In this document: piece by piece, positions 1 to 9,789 of the stretch | Layout of the letters: each line of letters begins with the position of its first letter | Position numbering within the stretch: position 1 is the first letter of the stretch | Source of the DNA: an uncultured Thermococci archaeon | Lineage (GTDB): Archaea; CAYQAE01; CAYVLA01 | DNA: 19,848 nt | Assembly: GCA_964549615.1 (NCBI GenBank) | Contig: CAZJVP010000012.1 | Location: 1 to 19,848, forward strand | Direction of reading: 5' to 3' | The notes under the pieces: generated by a model | Database searches by the model: none | What the model saw: only the letters and a program-made list of their open reading frames with translations | Told to the model about the DNA's origin: nothing | Translations under genes and position numbers: made by a program

Positions 1-1815
1 CTTTTCGAGATCCACAAGGCGATCCCCAAGGGGACGGTAGTCTACGACCCCGCCGTGCCGGACACAAGGAACCTCGCCACAACGATCGCCGGCCTCGAAG
101 GCCTCATACCCGCAACCGACAGGCTCCAAGCGGAACTGCAAAGACACGGGCTCACCGTCAAAGACGACCTGAGGGGGCGCTTTAAGGACAGGATCTCCGC
201 CTACGAATGGGCCAAGTCCGAACTCCTGCCACGATGCAACAAGCGGATCTTGGGCTCCCTGTGCGTGGGCAACCGGAGCCACTGGCTTGAGAACAGGACG
301 GAGCTCGTCGACTACCTCGTGGCCAACAGGTCCTTCGTATTCCACCTTTCCTCGGCCCGCAGGGACCGGGAGGAGAGCAAGCTCTTCGACTCGATACTGG
401 AGACGGCGAAAGGCCCGGGCGTCCTAATGGGGTGGCACTGCGTGAGGGACCAGGAGAAGGAGTACGTGGCGAGGGCGGCGCGAAAAGGCTTCTTCGTGCT
501 CTGCAGCCCACAATCCCCCAACCTCACCGTCCACGGCGGGATCCCTCGCTCCCGTCGAAGGTACGTACAGAGAAAGCCGCAGCCCCCCAAACAGCTTGAG
601 AAGAAGGTCTATCTCGCGCTTTACATGACCGACGGCGATGCGATCTGGGCCATGGGCAGCCTCCAAAGCGGCAACTGGCTGAGCAAGAGGAGGGGAACCT
701 TCCCCTTCAACTGGGGGCTCCTGCCGCTGATGTTCGAGATCATGCCCGGGGTGCTGGAGTATTACTACGAGACGGCAACCGAGAACGACTACTTCGTCTG
801 CCCTTCCTCCGGAGCCGCCTACACCTACAGCTTCCTCCACGACGACTGGTATCTCCACTACTCCAAGCACTACATCGACCTTTCCGGCCAAAGCGTCGTC
901 AACATGGTCAACTGGGACACGAACTTCTGGTGGAGGGAGGTCGAGGAGCCGTGGGCCATCTACAGGGAGAAGAGGCTACTCAAACCCATCGGGCTTGTCT
1001 GCGGGCTGGGCGGGTCCGTCTACGCCAGAAGCTATCCATCAGGCACCCCCAAGGTCCATTCGGCCATCGTCCTCAACAGCGGCGAGGACTGCGCCGGGAG
1101 GATCCGCAAGATGGCGGAGGCCATGAAGGAGCGGCCCCTATTCATCTTCGCCTTCGTCCAGATAAGCCCCGGCGTCTACGACCACCTAGCCAAAAACCTC
1201 CGAGGACTTCCGAGCGACGTTGAGCTGGTGCACATGGACGCTTTCATGCTCGGCCTCAGGAAGGCTCTGAAGGAGGGGTTCGTTGGCGAGGACCTCTATC
1301 CATCCAAGGCTGCCCTCGCGGACTCAACCCTCAGGGAGCCCGGGCGACGCGACAGAGCGGCGGCGGCCAGGCTGCTCGCCCAGCTCGGACGTGTGGCAGA
1401 AATGCCCGAGCCCGAGATGGCGAGGGAGATCAACCTTGGGAACTGGCACAACCTCGCAAGCCGAGAGCCAGCACACGTCGAGGCCGAGGCGGAAAGCTGG
1501 CGCCGCGCAAGCCAGGGTTACCTCGACTACGATACTCCGAACCTCGCCGATGCGCTAGGATACAACCTGTTCTACGCAGCCTGGGCCTACGTAAGGGCCT
1601 GCCTCAACGCGGCAGGGCGGTATGCAAACCATATGGACAGCTGCCTTGACGAATATCTCTCGTTGTTCCCGCAAAGGGACAACCGGGTGCTGGAGCAGAT
1701 CTGGGAGATGTGGCACAACTGGGAGGCCCATCCTCCGACATTGGAGGCGGTCAGGGATATGGCCAGGAGGGCGGCCGAGCTTGCCACCCGCCATGCCGAT
1801 GGCCCGACGGCCTAG
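1..1815 (+). CDS. GxGYxYP-family putative glycoside hydrolase-like protein, 5'-partial, with a C-terminal extension
   Basis: Frame 1 is open from base 1 (LFEIHKAIPKGTVVYDPAVPDTRNLATTIAG), which matches the family's KGxxVYDP...NxATTxAG segment. Also present: DYLVAN, vlmGW, YMTDGD, RGTFPFNW, YYYETATENDYFV and SGAAYTYS at the GxGYxYP position. Stop TAG at 1813-1815. Confidence 0.8.
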   Translation, partial: LFEIHKAIPKGTVVYDPAVPDTRNLATTIAGLEGLIPATDRLQAELQRHGLTVKDDLRGRFKDRISAYEWAKSELLPRCNKRILGSLCVGNRSHWLENRTELVDYLVANRSFVFHLSSARRDREESKLFDSILETAKGPGVLMGWHCVRDQEKEYVARAARKGFFVLCSPQSPNLTVHGGIPRSRRRYVQRKPQPPKQLEKKVYLALYMTDGDAIWAMGSLQSGNWLSKRRGTFPFNWGLLPLMFEIMPGVLEYYYETATENDYFVCPSSGAAYTYSFLHDDWYLHYSKHYIDLSGQSVVNMVNWDTNFWWREVEEPWAIYREKRLLKPIGLVCGLGGSVYARSYPSGTPKVHSAIVLNSGEDCAGRIRKMAEAMKERPLFIFAFVQISPGVYDHLAKNLRGLPSDVELVHMDAFMLGLRKALKEGFVGEDLYPSKAALADSTLREPGRRDRAAAARLLAQLGRVAEMPEPEMAREINLGNWHNLASREPAHVEAEAESWRRASQGYLDYDTPNLADALGYNLFYAAWAYVRACLNAAGRYANHMDSCLDEYLSLFPQRDNRVLEQIWEMWHNWEAHPPTLEAVRDMARRAAELATRHADGPTA

Positions 1816-2985
1816 CTACGCGGCCCTCGTTGTTGCGACCTCGCGGTAAAGCCTCCTGCGGACCATGAGAGCCCACAGCAGCGAGCCCGCGATCATCAGG
1901 GTTGATGTCACGACCATCCACTCCACCATCCAGATCCAGAGCATCGCCCTGGACTTGACCTTGACCGATTCCGCCTCGATCTTTCTCAGCTCCTCCCTAC
2001 CGGCCTCCAGCGCTCTGAGGCAGCCCTCATAGTCCTCCTGCACATAGAGCTCCCCAGCCCGCGCACGCCGCAGATCGGCCTCCCGCGTCATCTCCTCAAG
2101 GCCGCCGATGTTGGCGCCGATCCTCTCGACGAAGTTCATCAGGGACACCAGGACGTCTCTTTGCACCTTGTAGTTGAGCATCTCGGATCGGATGAGGTGC
2201 ATCAGCTCTATGTCCTGGGGAACCTCCCTTCCTACGGTGTAGTAGACGGAGTAGACGGTGAAGTCCGGGTAGTAGTTCCACAGCATGAATGAAGCGCCCC
2301 AGCTAGGGGTCCAATCCGTGCAGAATGCAAAGGTCCTCCCCGATCCCACCTCCCAGAAGACCATGAAGGGATTCTCGGGCCTGGTGTTTGTCTTTGCCAA
2401 AAGCTTCGCGGCATCCTTCGCTACGACCTCATTGTAACCGTGGAAGTTCGGACACGTTGCCCACGGCAAGGCGGTCATCAGCGGATCATCTCGAGCCACG
2501 ACAACGGGCTTCCACGTGACCGAGACCGTCTTCCTCTCCACCAGTTCAACGGGCAGCAATGGGCCGACGCTCGTGATGGCCCACGATGGCGAGTCGGTGT
2601 AGCCCCCGAACGAGAGTATTCCGCCGATCATCATCAGCGACATCCCGTCGTTCTCGATCGCTTTGGAGAACCAGTCTAGATACTTCGTCGGCAGGGTATC
2701 GGCCCTCACATCGCTCAGGAGGATCATGCTGCCCCCGATGAACTCCGCGTAGGTCCTAGGCATATATACCCGGAGGGCCTTCAAGACCTCATCCTGCGTG
2801 AAGTATCCCGAGTGGACCGTGGCAGGGATCGCGGTCACATCCAGGGCGGGATCATCGCTTATGTATCCGATCGGACTGGTTGAAGGGAGGCAATCACCCA
2901 TGTAATAGATCTTGGGTATATCGGCTGCCTCCCCAAGCGGCAACGCGATTGCCACTAAGATCGTGGCAAAACACAGCGCGCGCAT
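1816..2985 (-). CDS. Secreted, C-terminally membrane-anchored protein with a class I glutamine amidotransferase-like (GATase1_like/DUF1355-type) domain, 389 aa
   Basis: Start reassigned to ATG 2985 (MRALCFATILVAIALPLGEA, a signal peptide) because the longer ORF overlaps the divergent gene. Motifs: GMSLMMIGGILSFGGY, LLPVEL, GSGRTFAFCTDWTPSW. These are followed by a helical region, a hydrophobic TM segment and the basic tail RRRLYREVATTR. Confidence 0.8.
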   Translation of the reverse strand: MRALCFATILVAIALPLGEAADIPKIYYMGDCLPSTSPIGYISDDPALDVTAIPATVHSGYFTQDEVLKALRVYMPRTYAEFIGGSMILLSDVRADTLPTKYLDWFSKAIENDGMSLMMIGGILSFGGYTDSPSWAITSVGPLLPVELVERKTVSVTWKPVVVARDDPLMTALPWATCPNFHGYNEVVAKDAAKLLAKTNTRPENPFMVFWEVGSGRTFAFCTDWTPSWGASFMLWNYYPDFTVYSVYYTVGREVPQDIELMHLIRSEMLNYKVQRDVLVSLMNFVERIGANIGGLEEMTREADLRRARAGELYVQEDYEGCLRALEAGREELRKIEAESVKVKSRAMLWIWMVEWMVVTSTLMIAGSLLWALMVRRRLYREVATTRAA

Positions 2986-3009
2986 CGGTGGGCTCAGGGC
3001 ACGCTTCCC

Positions 3010-3026
3010 AATATACTTTTCTTTCT
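3010..3026 (-). promoter_or_regulatory. Putative BRE/TATA promoter for 1816..2985 in a 70-bp divergent intergenic region
   Basis: The minus strand reads AGAAAGAAAAG-TATATT. The TATA-like box begins 30 nt upstream of ATG 2985, consistent with a leaderless mRNA. Confidence 0.5.
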
Positions 3027-3055
3027 CGGCCTGGAAGGCGACGGCCGGTGCTCGA

Positions 3056-3841
3056 ATGCGGATCGGGTTCATAACCGATCTATCTGAGGCCGACTTCAGG
3101 TTCTGTGCCGAAAACAGGATACCGTGCGTGGAGTACAACTTCTCAAAAGACCTGGACGCGATCGGGCAATTCGACGCGGTCAAACGCTACATGAAAAAGT
3201 ACGGGGTGGGCTTCTCGACGATCGGGATGTTCGGGCGCAACTACATCTCATCCGACCCGAAGGAAGCTGCGCGCAACCTGCAGGATGCAAAAGCATTGGT
3301 GGATCTATGCCAGGATATCGGAGCGCCGTGCTTCGTCACTGGCGCGGGCCACCCAGAGAACAGGACGCTTGAGGAAAACGCCCGGAGGGCGATCGAGTTC
3401 TTCGGCGTGCTCATGGACTTCGCCAAGGACAGAAACGTCAAGGTCGCGCTCTACAACTGTCACTGGGGCAACTTCGCTTTCGGCCCGGATTCGTGGAGGA
3501 TCCTGCTTCGCGAGCTTCCCGACCTAGGCCTGAAGTATGATCCCTCCCATCCGTTCTACGATGGGCGGGACTATCTTCAGGAGATCGTGGACTGGGGCAA
3601 CCGAATCTACCACATGCACGCCAAGGGAGCCCTCAAGATCGGCGGCAAGAGGTTCGAGGATCCCCCCGCCGGCATGGATCAGATCGACTGGGGCTCGATC
3701 ATGGCCGTCCTGTACCATCACGGATACGACCGCGACATCAACATCGAACCCCACTCCGGGGTGTGGCTGGCCGAGAGAAGGTACGACGGCATCCTCATAG
3801 CTCGAAGGCATCTGCTGCAGTTCATCGCTTCGGAGATATGA
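3056..3841 (+). CDS. Sugar phosphate isomerase/epimerase family protein (xylose isomerase-like/AP endonuclease 2 TIM barrel), 261 aa
   Basis: Start ATG 3056 (MRIGFITD) preceded by GGTG. Motifs: YDPSH, RIYHMHAK, PAGMDQIDW, INIEPH. The stop overlaps the next start (ATGA). Confidence 0.85.
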   Translation: MRIGFITDLSEADFRFCAENRIPCVEYNFSKDLDAIGQFDAVKRYMKKYGVGFSTIGMFGRNYISSDPKEAARNLQDAKALVDLCQDIGAPCFVTGAGHPENRTLEENARRAIEFFGVLMDFAKDRNVKVALYNCHWGNFAFGPDSWRILLRELPDLGLKYDPSHPFYDGRDYLQEIVDWGNRIYHMHAKGALKIGGKRFEDPPAGMDQIDWGSIMAVLYHHGYDRDINIEPHSGVWLAERRYDGILIARRHLLQFIASEI

Positions 3842-4680
3842 GGATCCTTGCCTTCTCGGATTCCCACGAGAACGGCGCCGCAGTTGAAGCGTTCCTGAAA
3901 CGCGTCGGTCTGCTCGATGCCCCGCCGGACGTATTCGTCTCGGCCGGCGACATCGGTCCCCGTTCCATGGTTAGGATATTCCGCGCCCTCTCGGAGCTGG
4001 ATCGCCCCATTTTGTACGTCTGGGGAAACCACATACTCCACTACCCTTTCTCCCAGGTTGAGGCGTGCGTCCGCGATCTGGCGGGAATCAGCGGGCTCGT
4101 GTGGCTTGGAGAGCGCAACGTCCGGATCGGCGGTTGGAGCTTCGTTGGCCAGGACGCTTGGACCGACTTCACCGATGATCCCAAGGACCCCGAAAGGTAC
4201 TACGACCTCCGCCGGAGGACCGATGGGCTGGACCCTCTTACGACGATCCTGGTGACCCACCACGCCCCCCTGGGCATACTGGACTGTGGCCATTCGTATC
4301 CGATCCGCTCCTACCGGGACGGGCGTGGCCTGCTCCATGCAGGAAGCCGCGGGCTGAGGAGGCTTGTCGATGAGTTTGGACCGAGGATACACATCTTCGC
4401 GCACTGCCATTCGGACGGCTTGCGCCACGCAACGATGGGCAACACCCTCTTCGCCAACATCTGTCACTTGGAGCGGGTCACCAAGTCGGGCCGCTACGGC
4501 ATAACGGGAAGCTTCTCCATCATCGACACCGATTCCTTCAGCATCAAGGGGTACCAGCTCGGCTGCTACGAGCCGAGGACTTGCGAAAGCTGCGGCTCAG
4601 AGAACTACATCCTCTACAGGACATGCGTGAACTGCACCAAGAAAGGCTCGGGACTCATACCCCGGGAACAGTTGCCCTAG
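3838..4680 (+). CDS. Calcineurin-like metallophosphoesterase with a C-terminal C4 zinc finger, 280 aa
   Basis: ATG 3838 is coupled to the upstream TGA. Motifs: DSH, AGD, GNH, THHAP, AHCH. The C-terminus is CESCGSENYILYRTCVNC. Confidence 0.85.
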   Translation: MRILAFSDSHENGAAVEAFLKRVGLLDAPPDVFVSAGDIGPRSMVRIFRALSELDRPILYVWGNHILHYPFSQVEACVRDLAGISGLVWLGERNVRIGGWSFVGQDAWTDFTDDPKDPERYYDLRRRTDGLDPLTTILVTHHAPLGILDCGHSYPIRSYRDGRGLLHAGSRGLRRLVDEFGPRIHIFAHCHSDGLRHATMGNTLFANICHLERVTKSGRYGITGSFSIIDTDSFSIKGYQLGCYEPRTCESCGSENYILYRTCVNCTKKGSGLIPREQLP

Positions 4681-4909
4681 CCTGTCCCTTTCAACCATAT
4701 CGGCGCTTGCTAGACGGGAGATCCATCGCTCTTCAAAGATCGAACTCCCATGGAGCAGGATGTCGAGCGACGATCGGTTCGGACCGAAGTAAGGTCCCTC
4801 ATGCTCGAAATGACCGTTACGGATCTGATGTGGATTTTCCAGTAACGGCGACCGTCAAACGCCGCAGGATTCGCATGTCTATATCAATCCTCGAGGTGAT
4901 GAACCAGCG

Positions 4910-7399
<2,490 letters not shown>

Positions 7400-7470
7400 A
7401 TCTTGTGGCCAGCGCCTTCCAACGGCCGGGTGCCTCGCGCGCTTCCGGAGCCCCAAGAAGTCAAGTCGCT

Positions 7471-7486
7471 GAAAAAGATTTATCAT
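7471..7486 (+). promoter_or_regulatory. BRE/TATA promoter of tRNA-Glu
   Basis: GAAAAAGA-TTTATCAT; the TATA box begins 32 nt upstream of the mature tRNA 5' end. Confidence 0.65.
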
Positions 7487-7510
7487 GCGTCGGCGGCTTC
7501 TAGTTATCAG

Positions 7511-7617
7511 GCTCCGATAGTGTAGGGGTCAAATGCCGCAGGCCTTTCATTCGGGCCTTTTCCCCTGTCTGGAGGCCACTCGAGCCCGAGACCCGGGTTC
7601 AAATCCCGGTCGGAGCA
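7511..7617 (+). tRNA. tRNA-Glu(TTC) with two introns: 7533-7546 (14 nt, position 21/22) and 7560-7579 (20 nt, position 34/35). Mature length 73 nt; CCA not encoded.
   Basis: Acceptor stem GCTCCGA/TCGGAGC plus discriminator A; D arm GTGT-AGGGGTCAA-TCAT; anticodon arm CGGGC-CT TTC GA-GCCCG; T arm CCGGG-TTCAAAT-CCCGG. Both insertions are bounded by BHB-type splice motifs. Confidence 0.93.
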
Positions 7618-8033
7618 CTAACCCACAAGTATGCATACTATGCGGACACATCCTTCCACGCGCTCTCCGCGCTTGGCTCCGGTGCCCGTACCGGCGGACA
7701 TATCGCGGTCCGCTATAAACAGCGTGACGTGTTTTGCGCTGATCTACAGCTTCCCAAGGTACGGCCAAAGCTCCTCGAGCATTCCCTGGTAGCGGAATTC
7801 CTGGCAGTCAGGGATCGGACTCCAGACATCGGTCGCGCCTTGTTGCCGGCCTCGCACGCGAAACCGCAAGCCCCGGCAGCGGAGCTTCCAGACATCCATC
7901 CGCGGGAACGATCCTATTATGGTCGCGGCGGGGATGAGAACGAGGACCGCGGCCCTGCCCCCATCTTGCATAGTCCACGGCAGTCCTTGCCGAAAGCAGT
8001 GCATCATACCGGCACCTTGAGCCGGAATCTCGT

Positions 8034-8891
8034 TCAACTGATGCACTTGAGTCGCCGGGAACCCACCCTCAGGTCGACCGGTATGGGTATGGCCGAGAAG
8101 TCGAAATCGTGGTTCCCCGCTCTTATGAGAGCGATCGCGAGGCACTTCAACGCGAAGCTGATGGTCTTGTCTTGGGGTTCCTGGCCCATCACGCGGGCCA
8201 GCTCGGTCCAGATCTTAGTGAAGCGAGAAGCAAGATCCACGGGCTCGGATGTCCACATCTGCCCTGCCAGTTCGCTGCCAAGGAAGCGGTGAAGCCTTTC
8301 CAGCTTACGCTTCGCGAGCCGTTCCCTGGAGTAGAACGGTCTCAGGATATCTTCGAGTTGCTGAAGGGTTTCGGGCAATATCGATTCCCGGGTCAGCTTG
8401 TAGAGCGGCGGCCAATAGGACACCTCGGCTTTGCCTTTTAGCTGGTACTCGTTCAGCCCTGCTGCAACTGCCCACACGCATAAGCGGCCGAAACCGTAAC
8501 GCTCGAGCACCTGCCCTATCTGTTCCCATTCGGGCCCCTTCTCCACGACCCTCTGCCAAGAAGACCAAGGGATCAGAGACAATGCTTCGACGAGGGCTGC
8601 GACGAGGTCTTTCCTCCCTGAACCAACCGACTGCCAGCCGGAAACCGGGCCAGTCTGAAGAGGTCCGGAGGTTGGCTCGGAGGACGAAACCGGATTCCTC
8701 CCGCGGCTCCCGCAGTATGTGTCGGTGGGTCGAAGCTCGCGCCTCCCGCAGAAGGAGCATATCCTTCCCTCAACCCAGCCTAGCGGGGGTTTGATACCTA
8801 CCCAGTTTATGCCTCGCCCGCATCCGTGGCAGTAAGGCTGTCGATAGTCAAGATCCGGGACGCCGCGGAAAGGCCAGGTGTACTTCTGCAC
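8034..8891 (-). pseudogene. Decayed fusion of degenerate zinc ribbons to a C-terminally truncated AGOG-type N-glycosylase/DNA lyase (8-oxoguanine glycosylase)
   Basis: AGOG-like motifs GLNEYQLKGKAEVSYW, KTISFALK and IPIPVDLRV lie at about 8060-8610, and the frame stops 9 codons after VDLRV. The N-terminus has WPFR/CHGC/CSFC/CGSR, with three Cys positions each one base change from TGC. Likely start is GTG 8891. Confidence 0.7.
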
Positions 8892-8913
8892 CGTGACAAG
8901 ACACTGGCTTCTC

Positions 8914-8929
8914 AAAATAAAGGTTTTCG
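8914..8929 (-). promoter_or_regulatory. BRE/TATA promoter upstream of the zinc-ribbon/AGOG ORF
   Basis: The minus strand reads CGAAAA-CC-TTTATTTT; the TATA box begins 30 nt before the in-frame GTG 8891. Confidence 0.55.
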
Positions 8930-9066
8930 AAAATGATTGATGTCAGGGCGACATTCGACGAGCCGCCTAATCAACCTCTCCTCGGGCGTCGGGCCAGCTG
9001 CCCAGGCTGGCCCAGCCCCTGGCCGCCTTTCCCACACGCATAATGGTGGCTGACTGTGACCTTTCT

Positions 9067-9420
9067 CTATCGTTTGCATCCGCGATCCAAGGGCCCTCTC
9101 CACCTATCAAGGATTCCTTCGATGTCGCCGGAAACGGCCCCACGAACATACGATCTAGGTTTCCCCAGACTTGTCTCAGGGGCGATTTCCATGAGGATTT
9201 CGTCGTAATGCGTGTACTTGTGCCGGGCATGTGGCCTGACAGCCAAGTACGCTGCACGGTCAAAGGCTTCCTCCGACTCTCCTCGGGTTGGGAAGTACAC
9301 GAACTCAACTGACCCAGCCGCACCGGGCTCACGACTCTTCTCAACGACTTCATCGAGGTTCTCGACGGGTATCCTCGGAGACCCGCCGAATAACTTCCTT
9401 AAGCCTGGAGGTGTTTTCAA
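9067..9420 (-). CDS. DUF2293-like protein (start uncertain, possibly a fragment)
   Basis: The pattern LRKLF..P.IP.E...E.......AAYLAVRPHARHKYTHYDEIL.....R..V...IEGILDRWRG matches my recollection of the DUF2293 consensus (LAVxAHxRHxxTxYDxLL...LxxWRG). TTG 9420 was chosen as the nearest plausible start. Confidence 0.6.
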   Translation of the reverse strand: MKTPPGLRKLFGGSPRIPVENLDEVVEKSREPGAAGSVEFVYFPTRGESEEAFDRAAYLAVRPHARHKYTHYDEILMEIAPETSLGKPRSYVRGAVSGDIEGILDRWRGPLDRGCKR

Positions 9421-9789
9421 GTTTGTGCTAAGCGCACCGGTCGTCCGCAGATGTCCTCTAGCGGAACCGCAAGCCGGGCGCCAAGAACCCCGTTCCGCCT
9501 GGATCGACATCGATCCACCGCAAAGCGATCCTCGGAAGCATGTTGGCTGCACAGTAGGACCGGGCAGCGCGGGGACATCATCCGGCCGCTCGGAAGAGCG
9601 TCGGTCTACCCTCTGGTGATCAGGGCAGCGGCAGGTTCTCGGTGGAGGCCTGGGAGAGGTGGGGGGATCGCCCTTTTTGACGTGCCACGGATAGCCGTCC
9701 TTGGGCCGAGCATGAAACGTACTCCGCCGAATGCGCGTGTCTCCGGTCGCTGGAAAGCCTACTTAAGCAAGAGCGGCTGACGCCCATCC

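Noticed and set aside
1813-1818. Convergent stop codons abutting as TAGCTA with no spacer
   Set aside because: Real but common in compact archaeal genomes; no further signal.
2912-3183. Overlapping N-terminal extensions of ORFs 1816..3183(-) and 2912..3841(+)
   Set aside because: Artefact of longest-ORF calling. Starts at 2985 and 3056 give a signal peptide and a normal TIM-barrel N-terminus, and leave a 70-bp promoter region.
4750-4845. 31-codon ORF (MEQDVERR...MWIFQ) upstream of copA, considered as a copper chaperone or leader peptide
   Set aside because: No Cys/His metal motif, no RBS and no resemblance to CopZ or TRASH domains.
7557-7583. Alternative tRNA identities: Lys(TTT), Glu(CTC) through a 33/34 intron, or a canonical 37/38 intron
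   Set aside because: Only the 34/35 register gives a 4-bp central helix with two 3-nt bulges, and the tRNA body is Glu-type.
7744-8030. Minus-strand ORF remnant ending ...YQGMLEELWPYLGKL
   Set aside because: No recognisable family or clear start; possibly a gene fragment but not supportable.
8034-8036. TGA ending the AGOG-like frame as possible selenocysteine or readthrough
   Set aside because: Similarity is already lost before the TGA, another TGA follows 10 codons later, and I could not see the missing AGOG C-terminus in other frames.
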